DNA from: an uncultured bacterium
GTDB taxonomy: Bacteria > CAYJRR01
Direction of reading: 5' to 3'
Assembly (NCBI GenBank): GCA_964372275.1
Contig: CAYJRR010000034.1
Location: forward strand, 1 to 37,050
DNA: 37,050 bases
Made by a program: the position numbers and the translations under genes. This document shows, piece by piece, positions 18,595 through 27,807 of this stretch. Each line of letters opens with the position of its first letter. Position 1 is the stretch's first letter. The notes below the pieces were generated by a model. It worked only from the letters and a program-made list of their open reading frames with translations, searched no databases and was not told where the DNA came from.

Positions 18595-20892
18595 TTACGC
18601 CCCTCCCGGGGCCGGCCGGAAGCGGCGGATCCCGCTCGGCGGATGGAGGTCGATGCTGAAACGGAACGACGTCTCTTCGCGGTCGGTCTCGCGCGCCGCG
18701 CCGAGGCGCACCCCCCAGCAACCGCAGGGGCTCTCGTAGACGATCCCGCCGGAGACGACGAGGAACTCGTCGCGCTCGAAGTCGTAGCGCGCGCCGCTCT
18801 CGACGGTGAGCGTCTGCAGGATCCGCGCGAACGGCCGGCGGCTGCGCGTCAGCTCGGCGAGCTTCAGCCAGGCGCCGGCCGTCCCCTGGTGGCTGGAGCG
18901 TTCCGGCGCGTAGGCGTATTCGAGCGAAATCCCCTCCGGCGCGCCGGCGCGCGTCGCCGCCCGTCCGCCGGCGCCGGTCATCGAGCCGGTGCGGTTGTCG
19001 ACGACGGCGTCGAGGTCGAACCGCAGCGGGCCGGTGCGGAGGTCGACGTTGGCGACGCTCTCCCCCTCCTCCGGGCCGCCCGGCCGGAACCTCTCCAGGA
19101 GCGCCACCTCCAGGAGCTCGCGCACCGGCATCCGACGTTGGCGTTCCACCCGCCGTCGGAAAAGGAGGCGGTTGGTGATCCCGACGTCGACCCGGTCGCC
19201 GACGACGGGAACGGCGGCCGGTCCCTCGAACGACGTCAGCGCCTCGCCGTAGACCTCGGGCGTCCGCGTCCAACGGAGGACGGGGCCGATGCGGTGCTGG
19301 AGGCGGATCTCCTCGCCGAAGGTCCGTCGCCATTCGGCGCGAAGTTCGGCGCCGGCCTCCGGGAAGAACCGGGCGCGGGTGTCGCCGCCGAGAGGATCGG
19401 CCGACAGGTCCCCCACGCCGCCGGCGAACGCCGACATCCGGACGCCGTCCCGCCACAAGGAGACCGGCAACCGGATGGCGGGATCGACCCGCAGGTGCTG
19501 CACCTGGCGGCGCGGCGCACCGGACAGCTCACCGCCGCGCCGGAACGAACCCTGCGGCGAGCTGACGTTGTCGAACAGCTCGTACTGGGCGCCGAGGTCG
19601 GCGGTGAGGCGAAGGCCGGGGCGACCCAGCAGCGGAATCGCCGCCGCCGACGCGTCCACACTTCCCAGCCGGGAGACGGTCTGCGCGGAGTTGTAGGGGC
19701 CCGCCGATCCGACTACCCGCAGGTCCTGGTAGTAGGTGCTTCCCGCCACCAGCCCCACGACGTTCCCTCGGCGTTCCAGGAACAGGTTCGATTCGTACTC
19801 GGGGCGGGATCGCTCGGTGATGTTCGGGCCGAAGTCGAACCCGTATCGGTCATCGCCGGCCAGGTCGACGCGCGCCTTGAGGAGCGTCGACCGCATCACC
19901 TCCTCGGTCACGCGCGCCGAACCGTGCCACCGGTTCGAGGAGTAGTCGTCGGCGCTGCCGGGAAAGACGGCGGCCTCGCCGCGGATCTTCTCGTCGGCAT
20001 GCCAGGTGAAGCCGAGCTCGCCGTGGCCGCGCCGGTTGGAAAAGCGGGAGGCGACGCCGACGAAGGGGCCTCGTTGCTGGTTGTACCCCGGCTCGAGGGT
20101 CAGGTCCCACGAGCGCGCAACCGCCAGGTAGAACGGCAGCGTGGCGACGAAGCCGTCGTTGCCGCCGGGCGAGAACTGCGGCGAGAGGAACCCGGTCGCC
20201 CGTTCGGACGAGAACGGCGCGAATCCGATCGGAAGGAACAGGATCGGCACGCCGTGCGCTCGCAGCACGCCCCCTTGCATCACGGCGATGCCGCTCGGTC
20301 GGGCGGAGATCCGCGCGGCGGAGATCTCCCAGGACGAGCTTCCGTCTTCGCAGCGGCAGGGGGAGAAGCGGGCCTCGTCGATCCGGTACGCCCCCGACTC
20401 GGACCGCGCGATCCGCTTCCCCTCGATCAGGATTCCGGCCCCTTCGATCGTCGCGTCGCGCAGCACGCCGGCCTTCGTGCGCACGTCGAAGGTGGCCGAC
20501 AGCGCCTGGATCGACGCCTCCTCCTCCCCGAGATCGAGCGTCATCCGGATCCCGCCGTCGACGTCGATCGTACCGGCGACCCTGTCGTAGACCAGCCGTT
20601 CGGCGCGGGCGCGGAGCCCCGGAGCGACGATCTCGACACCATCGGTCGCTTCAACCTGCCGCGCCTTCCGCACCACGATCCGGCCCGCTTCCACCTGCAG
20701 CCGGTCGCCGGAGGGGTCGACCGGAAGGTCGAGCTCGGCCGCCCCGGCCCGGGCGAAGAAGATCACTACAAACAGGAGCGACACGAGAAAATTGGAAATT
20801 GGAAATTGGAAATGGAAAACCGACATCGGATCCTCGGTTGTCGGTTTTTCATTTCCAATTTCCAATTTCCAATTGAGTTGGCGGCGGTTCAT
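18595..20892 (-). CDS. lptD: LPS-assembly protein LptD
   Basis: ATG 20892 overlaps the folC stop (ATGA). N-terminal beta-jellyroll (FSPCRC..SWEISA..GVPILFLP), ERATGFLSP, long beta-barrel, and C-terminal YESPCGCW. An alternative start is ATG 20826. Confidence 0.85.
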   Translation of the reverse strand: MNRRQLNWKLEIGNEKPTTEDPMSVFHFQFPISNFLVSLLFVVIFFARAGAAELDLPVDPSGDRLQVEAGRIVVRKARQVEATDGVEIVAPGLRARAERLVYDRVAGTIDVDGGIRMTLDLGEEEASIQALSATFDVRTKAGVLRDATIEGAGILIEGKRIARSESGAYRIDEARFSPCRCEDGSSSWEISAARISARPSGIAVMQGGVLRAHGVPILFLPIGFAPFSSERATGFLSPQFSPGGNDGFVATLPFYLAVARSWDLTLEPGYNQQRGPFVGVASRFSNRRGHGELGFTWHADEKIRGEAAVFPGSADDYSSNRWHGSARVTEEVMRSTLLKARVDLAGDDRYGFDFGPNITERSRPEYESNLFLERRGNVVGLVAGSTYYQDLRVVGSAGPYNSAQTVSRLGSVDASAAAIPLLGRPGLRLTADLGAQYELFDNVSSPQGSFRRGGELSGAPRRQVQHLRVDPAIRLPVSLWRDGVRMSAFAGGVGDLSADPLGGDTRARFFPEAGAELRAEWRRTFGEEIRLQHRIGPVLRWTRTPEVYGEALTSFEGPAAVPVVGDRVDVGITNRLLFRRRVERQRRMPVRELLEVALLERFRPGGPEEGESVANVDLRTGPLRFDLDAVVDNRTGSMTGAGGRAATRAGAPEGISLEYAYAPERSSHQGTAGAWLKLAELTRSRRPFARILQTLTVESGARYDFERDEFLVVSGGIVYESPCGCWGVRLGAARETDREETSFRFSIDLHPPSGIRRFRPAPGGA
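20790..20874. repeat. AT-rich heptamer-repeat palindromic element, copy 2 (in frame in the LptD N-terminus)
   Basis: 36-bp arms 20790-20825 and 20839-20874 are inverted complements with 1 mismatch and a 13-nt loop. Built from TTGGAAA units. About 36% GC in a very GC-rich background. Confidence 0.92.
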
Positions 20893-22190
20893 CCGATCGC
20901 CCCCGGAGGGCCGATCAGCGTTTCGCGGATTCGCCCGACGAGATAGAGCGACCCGGTGACCACCACCCGGCCGCCGGGACCGGCCTCGGCGCACGCGGCG
21001 TCGAATGCTCCCCCCGGCGATTCGTGCGCCGACGCGGCGATCCGCAGGCGCTCGCGTGCGAGGTCGCGAAGGCTCGCTGGCGCGGCCGATCGCGCGAGTC
21101 CCGACGACGTGGCGAACAGGGCGGTCGCGCCGATCGCCGCCAGCGCGTCGAGGACGGGGCCGTGCTCCTTGTCCTGCATCGCGGCGAAGACGATCGCCGT
21201 CCGCGCGCGCGGAAGGTGGGCCAGGCAGTCGGCGAGCGCGCGCGCCGCCCCCGGATTGTGCGCACCGTCGAAGACGACCTCGACGGCGCCGCCGGCAAGA
21301 AGGCCGATCGACACCGTTTCGCCGCGTCCCGGCCAGCGGGCGCCCACCAGACCGCGACGCAACGTCGCGGCGTCGAGCGCCGGATCGGCGAGAAGCGCCG
21401 CGGCGACGGCCGCCAGGGCGTTGTCCCGCTGGTGGCTGCCGGCGATCGGAAGGCGCACCCCGGAGAGCGAGAAGACCGGCCCGGGGGCGCGACCGTCGAG
21501 CTCGAAGGAACCGTCCGCCGCGATGCGCGCGTCGAGCGTCTCCCCCAGTCGCGCCAGAGGGACGCCGAGCCGACCCGCCCGGTCGGCGACGGTTCCGACC
21601 GCAGGCGGATCGCGGGCTACGCAGACCGCCGGGACCCCGACTTTCAGGATCCCCGCCTTCTCCGCGGCGATCGTGGCCGGGTCCGAACCGAGCACGGCGA
21701 CGTGATCGCGCGACAGGTGGGTCACGACCGCGACCGCCGGGACGATCACGTTGGTGGCGTCGAGGCGGCCTCCGAGCCCCACCTCGACCGCCGCAATCTC
21801 CACCGCCGCCTCGCGGAAGGCGACGAAGGCGGCCGCGGTCATCGCCTCGAAGAAAGTGAGGTCGATCCCGGTCGTGTTGGCGCGGACGGCGTGGACCGCC
21901 CGCGCGAAGTGGTCATCGCCGATCGGCCGGCCGCCGATCGCGATCCGCTCGTTCGGCCGCGACAGATGCGGCGAGGTGTAGAGGCCGACCCGCCGCCCGG
22001 CCGCCCGGAAGATCGACGAGAGGAACGCCGCCGTCGCCCCCTTCCCGTTCGTTCCCGCGATGTGGATCGACCGGAACGAGCGCTCGGGGTTGCCGAGTCG
22101 TGCGAGCAGCGCCCGGATCCGGTCGAGGCCGAACGCCATGTGGAACTCCCCGAGCGATTCGAGCCAAGCCCGGGGGTTCGTGCCGTCCAT
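20889..22190 (-). CDS. folC: Bifunctional folylpolyglutamate synthase / dihydrofolate synthase
   Basis: Motifs IHIAGTNGKG, YTSPHL, EVGLGGRLDATNV, RWPGR, DGAHNP and TGSLYLVG. Confidence 0.97.
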   Translation of the reverse strand: MDGTNPRAWLESLGEFHMAFGLDRIRALLARLGNPERSFRSIHIAGTNGKGATAAFLSSIFRAAGRRVGLYTSPHLSRPNERIAIGGRPIGDDHFARAVHAVRANTTGIDLTFFEAMTAAAFVAFREAAVEIAAVEVGLGGRLDATNVIVPAVAVVTHLSRDHVAVLGSDPATIAAEKAGILKVGVPAVCVARDPPAVGTVADRAGRLGVPLARLGETLDARIAADGSFELDGRAPGPVFSLSGVRLPIAGSHQRDNALAAVAAALLADPALDAATLRRGLVGARWPGRGETVSIGLLAGGAVEVVFDGAHNPGAARALADCLAHLPRARTAIVFAAMQDKEHGPVLDALAAIGATALFATSSGLARSAAPASLRDLARERLRIAASAHESPGGAFDAACAEAGPGGRVVVTGSLYLVGRIRETLIGPPGAIG

Positions 22191-22206
22191 TCCGACGAGA
22201 GGGTCT

Positions 22207-23067
22207 TCAGGCCTTCAGCAGGTGAAGCAGCCGCGAGAGCGTCGCGCGCAGCTCGCTCCGGTGGACGATGCGATCGACCATCCCGTGCTCGAGGAGGAAT
22301 TCGGATCGCTGGAACCCCTCGGGGAGCTTCTCGCGCAGCGTCTGCTCGATCACCCGAGGGCCGGCGAAGCCGATGAGGGCGTGGGGCTCGGCGAGGATGA
22401 CATCGCCCAGCATCGCGAACGAGGCCGCGACGCCGCCGGTCGTCGGATCGGTGAGGATCGAGATGTAGGGACGCCGCTCGGCCCGCAGCCGCGCCAGCGC
22501 CGCCGACGTCTTTGCCATCTGCAGCAGCGAGAGGATCCCCTCCTGCATCCGCGCGCCGCCCGAGCTCGAGACGATCACCGCCGGGGTCTTCTCGGCTGCC
22601 GCCTCCTCGAAGACGCGGGTCACCTTCTCCCCCACCACCGACCCCATCGACCCGCCCATGAAGTTGAATTCGAAGGCGCCGATCCAGTACGGCGTTCCGT
22701 CGAGGGTCGCGCGGCCGGCGATCAGGGCGTCGGAGGCGGAGGTCGCCTTCTGCGCGCTCTTCAGACGGTCGGGATAACGCTTGGAGTCCTTGAACTCGAG
22801 CGGATCGAGCGCGGTGAGGTCGGCCCACCGTTCCTCGAACGAGCCTTCGTCGGAGAGGAGCGCGATCCGCAGGCGGCTGGGCAGGTAGAAGTGATGGTCG
22901 CACTTGGGGCAGACCATCAGGTTCCGCTCGATCTCCTGCTGGTAGACGATCTCGCCACAGGACTTGCACTTCGTCCACAGCCCTTCCGGCACCTTGGCGC
23001 GCTTGGCGTCGGCTTCGCGCGGGGTCGGCTTCTCGACGTTCGACTTGATCTTGGAGAACCAGGCCAT
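22207..23067 (-). CDS. accD: Acetyl-CoA carboxylase carboxyltransferase beta subunit
   Basis: Zn finger [33 protein letters not shown] and [11 protein letters not shown]. Confidence 0.99.
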   Translation of the reverse strand: MAWFSKIKSNVEKPTPREADAKRAKVPEGLWTKCKSCGEIVYQQEIERNLMVCPKCDHHFYLPSRLRIALLSDEGSFEERWADLTALDPLEFKDSKRYPDRLKSAQKATSASDALIAGRATLDGTPYWIGAFEFNFMGGSMGSVVGEKVTRVFEEAAAEKTPAVIVSSSGGARMQEGILSLLQMAKTSAALARLRAERRPYISILTDPTTGGVAASFAMLGDVILAEPHALIGFAGPRVIEQTLREKLPEGFQRSEFLLEHGMVDRIVHRSELRATLSRLLHLLKA

Positions 23068-23079
23068 CGCGTCAGACCC

Positions 23080-25005
23080 TCATCGCAGCGGATTGCCCGC
23101 CGGCTTCCGGCTGGTCATCGCCTCGGAGGTCGACCGTCGCCGCACCTCGGCGATCGCCGCCACCCGGCGCCCGACCTCGGGGTTGTCCTGGAGGAGCTTG
23201 ATCGTCGCCGCGGCCTCCAGCCGGTAGAGCTCGACGTCGGTGAGCGCGACGACGGTCGCGACCCGCGGCTGGAGGTGGATCACCGCGATCTCCCCGAAGA
23301 TCTCCCCGCTCGGCAGATCGGCCAACGGGACCAACGAATCGGTCCGCCCGTCGGGCTTCCTCGCGGCCTCCGCGACCCCCTGCGGCCCCCCCGACGAGGC
23401 GGCGAAGATGCGGACCGTTCCCGCGCGGATCATGTAAAGCGCGTCGCCGCTGTCCCCTTCGCGGAGCACGGGCTGCCCGGCGTGGTAGCGCTGGAGCGCC
23501 ATCCGGCGCACGAACTCCCAGCGGGCCTCGCGGGGAAGCGTTCCGAACAGCGGACTCTTGGCGAGGAAGGTATCGGCCAGGCGCGCGTAGTAGAACATCC
23601 GCAGCACCTGGGCGACCGCCGGGAACTCCGCCACCACCCGGTCGAAGTCGGCCTTCGACAGCTCGAGCAGCTCCGTCTCCTCCAGCGCCATCACGGAGGC
23701 GTTCCGCACCCCCCCTTCGAACAGGGCGAACTCGCCGAAGAAATCCCCGTCGCCGAGGCGCGCGAGCTGGATGTCGCGACCGTTGCGGTCGGTGAAGTAG
23801 ACCGAGACCGACCCCTGGGCGATCACGAACATCGAGGTGGCCGGTTCCCCTTCGCGGCAGATCGTCGTGTTCTGCGGAACGCGGATGGGCGACAACAGCT
23901 CGATCACCCGTTCGAACTCGGCCGGCTGGAGGTCGGAGAAGAGCGGCGTCGGTGGAACCTGCGGCACATCGCCGACGTCGGAGAAGAGGGAATCGACGTC
24001 GTTGCCGGCGGCCTTGAGCTCCTCGCGCGCCATCTCCACCGCCTGGGCGACCGTCTGCGGCGCCGCGACGGTCACCAGGTCCTGGGGCCCCAGCTCGATG
24101 ATCTCCGCCGCCAGCGCCTGGGCCGCCGTCACCTTCGCCGGCGGCGGGGACATCGCGCCAGCGGGTGAGGCCGGCGCGGCGGCATCGAACGAGGGGAAGC
24201 TCGGGAAGGGACCGCCGGTGCCGATGCCGGCAATCACCGGACCCCCCGCGGCCGAGGCGTGCGACCAGGGCAACGCGGTGCCGGCAGCCGGCGCGGGTCC
24301 GGCCGGTCCGCCCGTCGCCCAGGCCGACGCGGCGGGGGGCGGCGCGTGCGGCGCGCCGGCCGGCGTGGAGAGCGGACCGGTCATCGCCGGGGCTCCGGGT
24401 GCGGCCGCCGTCGCGGGGACGGTTGTCGGGGCGCTCGTGGCCGCCGCGGCCGGGGCCAACGGGGGCTCGGGCGCACCGACGGTGCGTTCCCGACCTCCGC
24501 TTTCGATCACCATCGTCGCGGGCGCCGCGGCCGGCGCGTCGATCGCCTTCGACGACGGAGCTGCCGCTTCCGGCGCCAGGCCGGACTGGACCTGCATCTC
24601 GTCCGGTTCGGCGGCCGGCAGGTCGAGCTCCCCTCCCTTGGGGGCCGCGGCGTTGATTCCGGCGGCCCGCGCCGCGGCGGTGGCGACGCCGCGCTTCGAA
24701 TAGAGCGCCGCCAATCGCTTCTGGGTGTCCTTCTGCGTCGGATCGAGCTGCAAGATCAGCTTGTTGACCGAGATGGCGCGGATCAGGAGCCCCTCGGCGG
24801 CGTACTTCTCCGCCACCTCCGCATAGACCGCGATCGCGTCGGCGTTCTTCGACAGCTTGACGAGCGCGTCTCCGACGCGCAGCCGGTGCATCAGATTCCG
24901 CGGCTCCGCCTTGTACAGGTCGTCGTAGGCCTCCCGTGCGGCGGCCCAATTGCCCTTCGACCACGCCTTGGCGGCCCGATCCTTGAGCTTGGCGACGTCG
25001 TCCAT
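23080..25005 (-). CDS. TPR domain + Ala/Pro linker + two cyclic-nucleotide-binding domains
   Basis: N-terminal helical TPR-like region. CNB cassettes FFGEFALFEGGVRNASV and IFGEIAVIHLQPRVATV. Confidence 0.88.
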   Translation of the reverse strand: MDDVAKLKDRAAKAWSKGNWAAAREAYDDLYKAEPRNLMHRLRVGDALVKLSKNADAIAVYAEVAEKYAAEGLLIRAISVNKLILQLDPTQKDTQKRLAALYSKRGVATAAARAAGINAAAPKGGELDLPAAEPDEMQVQSGLAPEAAAPSSKAIDAPAAAPATMVIESGGRERTVGAPEPPLAPAAAATSAPTTVPATAAAPGAPAMTGPLSTPAGAPHAPPPAASAWATGGPAGPAPAAGTALPWSHASAAGGPVIAGIGTGGPFPSFPSFDAAAPASPAGAMSPPPAKVTAAQALAAEIIELGPQDLVTVAAPQTVAQAVEMAREELKAAGNDVDSLFSDVGDVPQVPPTPLFSDLQPAEFERVIELLSPIRVPQNTTICREGEPATSMFVIAQGSVSVYFTDRNGRDIQLARLGDGDFFGEFALFEGGVRNASVMALEETELLELSKADFDRVVAEFPAVAQVLRMFYYARLADTFLAKSPLFGTLPREARWEFVRRMALQRYHAGQPVLREGDSGDALYMIRAGTVRIFAASSGGPQGVAEAARKPDGRTDSLVPLADLPSGEIFGEIAVIHLQPRVATVVALTDVELYRLEAAATIKLLQDNPEVGRRVAAIAEVRRRSTSEAMTSRKPAGNPLR

Positions 25006-25029
25006 ACGGGTTCGCGGGAGTGTAGGCCG

Positions 25030-25515
25030 TCAGGTCGGCGGGGAGAAGTGGTGCGTGAGGCGCCGCCACGATTCGGCGAGTCCTTCCGAGACGACCCGCC
25101 GATCGGCCAGCACCGGCATGAAGTTGTTGTCCCCGACCCAACGCGGGACGACGTGCAGGTGACCGTGCCCCTCGACCCCCGCGCCGGCCGGCTTCCCGAG
25201 GTTCATCCCGAGATTGAAGGCGTCGGGCCTCATCACCGCCCGCAGCGCGTCGATCGACCGCTGCGCGAGCGAGAAGAGCTCCGCCGCCACCTCCGCCATC
25301 CGTCCGACGTCGTCGGTGTGCGCGAACGGGACGACCATCACGTGCCCGGCGGTATAGGGGAACTTGTTCAAGACGACGTACGCGCCGGCGCCGCGATGGA
25401 GGATCAGGTTCTCCTCATCGCGGCGTTCGGCGGGCAGGCGGCAGAACAGGCAGCCGATCTCCTTCGGCGCCTGGAACAGTTCCGTCCGCCAAGGGGCCCA
25501 GAGGCGCTCGGTCAT
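25030..25515 (-). CDS. HIT-family protein (Ap4A hydrolase/phosphorylase-like)
   Basis: Start MTERLWAPWR, then CLFC, LNKFPYTAGH, GAGVEGHGHLHVVPRW and GDNNFM. Confidence 0.94.
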   Translation of the reverse strand: MTERLWAPWRTELFQAPKEIGCLFCRLPAERRDEENLILHRGAGAYVVLNKFPYTAGHVMVVPFAHTDDVGRMAEVAAELFSLAQRSIDALRAVMRPDAFNLGMNLGKPAGAGVEGHGHLHVVPRWVGDNNFMPVLADRRVVSEGLAESWRRLTHHFSPPT

Positions 25516-25814
25516 CCCTTCGTCGAAACCGGCATGTCGCCGTCGACGCGCTCGCGGAGCTCTTTCCCGACCTTGAAGAACGGGACCCGCTTGGCGGCGA
25601 TCTGGACCTTCTCGCCGGTCTTCGGGTTGCGTCCCTCGCGCGCCTCGCGGTGCTTCACCTGGAACGAACCGAACCCCCGGATCTCGATCCGCTCGCCGCG
25701 CGCGAGGGAGGAGGTCATCGAGTCGAAGATGATGTTGACGATCGTCTCGACGTCCTTCTTGGTCAGGTTCGGATTCTTCTCGGCGATCTTCTCGACGAGA
25801 TCGGACTTGGTCAT
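25512..25814 (-). CDS. ihfB: Integration host factor beta subunit
   Basis: MTKSDLVE..RIEIRGFGSF..GRNPKTG..VPFFKVGKELRERV, directly downstream of rpsA. Confidence 0.95.
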   Translation of the reverse strand: MTKSDLVEKIAEKNPNLTKKDVETIVNIIFDSMTSSLARGERIEIRGFGSFQVKHREAREGRNPKTGEKVQIAAKRVPFFKVGKELRERVDGDMPVSTKG

Positions 25815-27613
25815 TCGGAATCCCTCCGGCCCTTCTTGCCGCCCTTCTTCCCGGCCTTGCCTTGCAGCGCCTCGCGCAGGTCATCGCCCATCAGCGAGCC
25901 GAGGCTGCCCGGCTTGGGCAAGTTCTTCCCCTTGGCCACGTAGCTCTCGATCTCCGCCGCCTCGCTCGCCTGCCCCAGCGCCTTGATCGAGAGCGAGATC
26001 TTGCGCTCCTGCGGGTCGACCGAGATCACCATCGCGTCGACGTTCTGGCCGACGGTGAACTCCGACGCCGGATTCTCGATGCGCCGGTCGGCGATCTCGG
26101 AGACGTGCACCAGCCCCTCGATCCCCGGCTCCAGCTCGACGAACAGGCCGAAGTCGGTGATGTTCTGGACCGCGCCCGACACCCGCGTGCCGATGCCGTA
26201 CTTCTCCTCGACCGCGTTCCAGGGGTTGTCGGTCAGTTGCTTGATCCCGAGGGAGAAGCGCTCGTTCTCCGGGTCGATGTTGAGCACCACCGCCTCGACG
26301 TCCTGGCCCTTCTTGTAGAGGTCGGAGGGGTGCTTCACCTTCTGCGTCCAGGAGAGGTCGGAGACGTGGACCAGTCCGTCGATCCCGTCCTCGATGCCGA
26401 CGAAGATCCCGAAGTCGGTGATGTTCCGGACCTTGCCCGCGATCTTGGAACCGACGGGATACTTCTCCTCCAGCGTCTTCCACGGGTTCTCGTTCACCTG
26501 CTTCATGCCGAGCGAGATCCGCTTGTTCTCGACGTCGATGTCGAGCACCGCCGCCTCGACCTGGTCGCCGACGTTGACGATCTGGCTCGGGTGCTTGACC
26601 CTCTTGGTCCAGCTCATCTCCGAGATGTGGATCAGCCCTTCCACGCCAGGCTCGATCTCGACGAACGCGCCGTAGTCGGTGAGGGAGACGACCTTCCCCT
26701 TGATGCGGGTCGCCGGCGGGAACTTCTCGCCGGCCGCGGCCCACGGATCGGGGGTGATCTGCTTGAAACCGAGCGACACCCGCTCGGTCTTGGCGTCGTA
26801 CTTGATGACCTTGACCTTCACCTCGTCGCCGACCTGGAACAGCTCCGACGGATGCTGGATGCGACCCCAGCTCATGTCGGTGATGTGCAGGAGGCCGTCC
26901 AGCCCCCCGAGGTCGATGAAGGCTCCGTAGTCGGTGATGTTCTTGACGATGCCGTCGACGATCTTCCCCTCTTCGAGGCGCTCGACGGTGTCCTTCTTCA
27001 GGGCCTCGCGCTCCTTCTCCAGGAGCGCCCGGCGCGAGAGCACGATGTTGCCGCGCTTCTTGTTGAACTTGATCACCTTGAACTTGAACCGCTGCCCGAG
27101 GAGCGCGTCCAGGTTCTTCACCGGCCGCAGATCGACCTGGGAACCCGGCAAGAACGCCTTCACGCCGATGTCGACGCTGAGGCCCCCCTTCACGCGGGCG
27201 ACGATCGCCCCTTCGACCACCTGGTCTTTCTCGCACGCTTCGGAGATCTTGTCCCAGGCGCGGACCATGTCGGCCTTGTGCTTGGAGAGCACGACCTGGC
27301 CGAGGTCGTTCTCGGTCGACTCGATCATCACGTCGATCTCGTCGCCGGGCTTGACGGTGATCTCGCCGCGTCCGTCACGGAACTCGTCGAGGGCGATCGT
27401 CCCTTCCGACTTGTAGCCGATGTCGACGACCGCCTGCTCGCCCGCGATCTTCATCACCGTCCCGCGGACGACTTCCCCTTCGCGGAACTTGTCCTCTTTG
27501 AGCGACTGCTCGAAAAGCTCCGCGAACGACATCTCGCCGCCGCCCGAACCCTCCGATGCCGGCTGCGCCAAAAGGGCCTCCGCCGACGTGAGTACGAGGT
27601 TGACCTTCTCCAT
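25811..27613 (-). CDS. rpsA: 30S ribosomal protein S1
   Basis: Six S1 repeats (e.g. VKNITDYGAFIDLGGLDGLLHITDMSW) in cmk-rpsA-ihfB context. Confidence 0.99.
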   Translation of the reverse strand: MEKVNLVLTSAEALLAQPASEGSGGGEMSFAELFEQSLKEDKFREGEVVRGTVMKIAGEQAVVDIGYKSEGTIALDEFRDGRGEITVKPGDEIDVMIESTENDLGQVVLSKHKADMVRAWDKISEACEKDQVVEGAIVARVKGGLSVDIGVKAFLPGSQVDLRPVKNLDALLGQRFKFKVIKFNKKRGNIVLSRRALLEKEREALKKDTVERLEEGKIVDGIVKNITDYGAFIDLGGLDGLLHITDMSWGRIQHPSELFQVGDEVKVKVIKYDAKTERVSLGFKQITPDPWAAAGEKFPPATRIKGKVVSLTDYGAFVEIEPGVEGLIHISEMSWTKRVKHPSQIVNVGDQVEAAVLDIDVENKRISLGMKQVNENPWKTLEEKYPVGSKIAGKVRNITDFGIFVGIEDGIDGLVHVSDLSWTQKVKHPSDLYKKGQDVEAVVLNIDPENERFSLGIKQLTDNPWNAVEEKYGIGTRVSGAVQNITDFGLFVELEPGIEGLVHVSEIADRRIENPASEFTVGQNVDAMVISVDPQERKISLSIKALGQASEAAEIESYVAKGKNLPKPGSLGSLMGDDLREALQGKAGKKGGKKGRRDSE

Positions 27614-27724
27614 ACCTGTTGCGCCGTTTCCTTGTCCTTCGCCCGGGCTCGCCGCGACCCGTCCAACAACGGGAGCGACGCCCCGCCCGGGGCTGTTTGC
27701 CGACTGGGGGGTCGGAATCGTGGG

Positions 27725-27800
27725 TTTCTAACGGTTTCGTCCGGCCCTGTCAAAGCCTTTGAATTCCGGCCGAGTATAGGCGTCGGGTGCCGGAATCCAA
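27725..27800 (-). promoter_or_regulatory. Candidate tandem sigma70 promoters for rpsA
   Basis: TTGACA (27753-27748), 17 bp, TAGAAA (27730-27725); and TTGGAT (27800-27795), 16 bp, TATACT (27778-27773). Both lie in the ~190-bp cmk-rpsA gap. Confidence 0.6.
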
Positions 27801-27807
27801 CCGTTGC

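Noticed and set aside
18560-18700. trp leader peptide or T-box
   Set aside because: The region is lptD/trpE coding sequence, with no tandem Trp-codon mini-ORF or terminator/antiterminator visible.
20790-20874. Hairpin as an intrinsic terminator
   Set aside because: The stem is AT-rich and 36 bp long, has no downstream U-tract on the coding strand, and lies inside an ORF coupled to the upstream gene.
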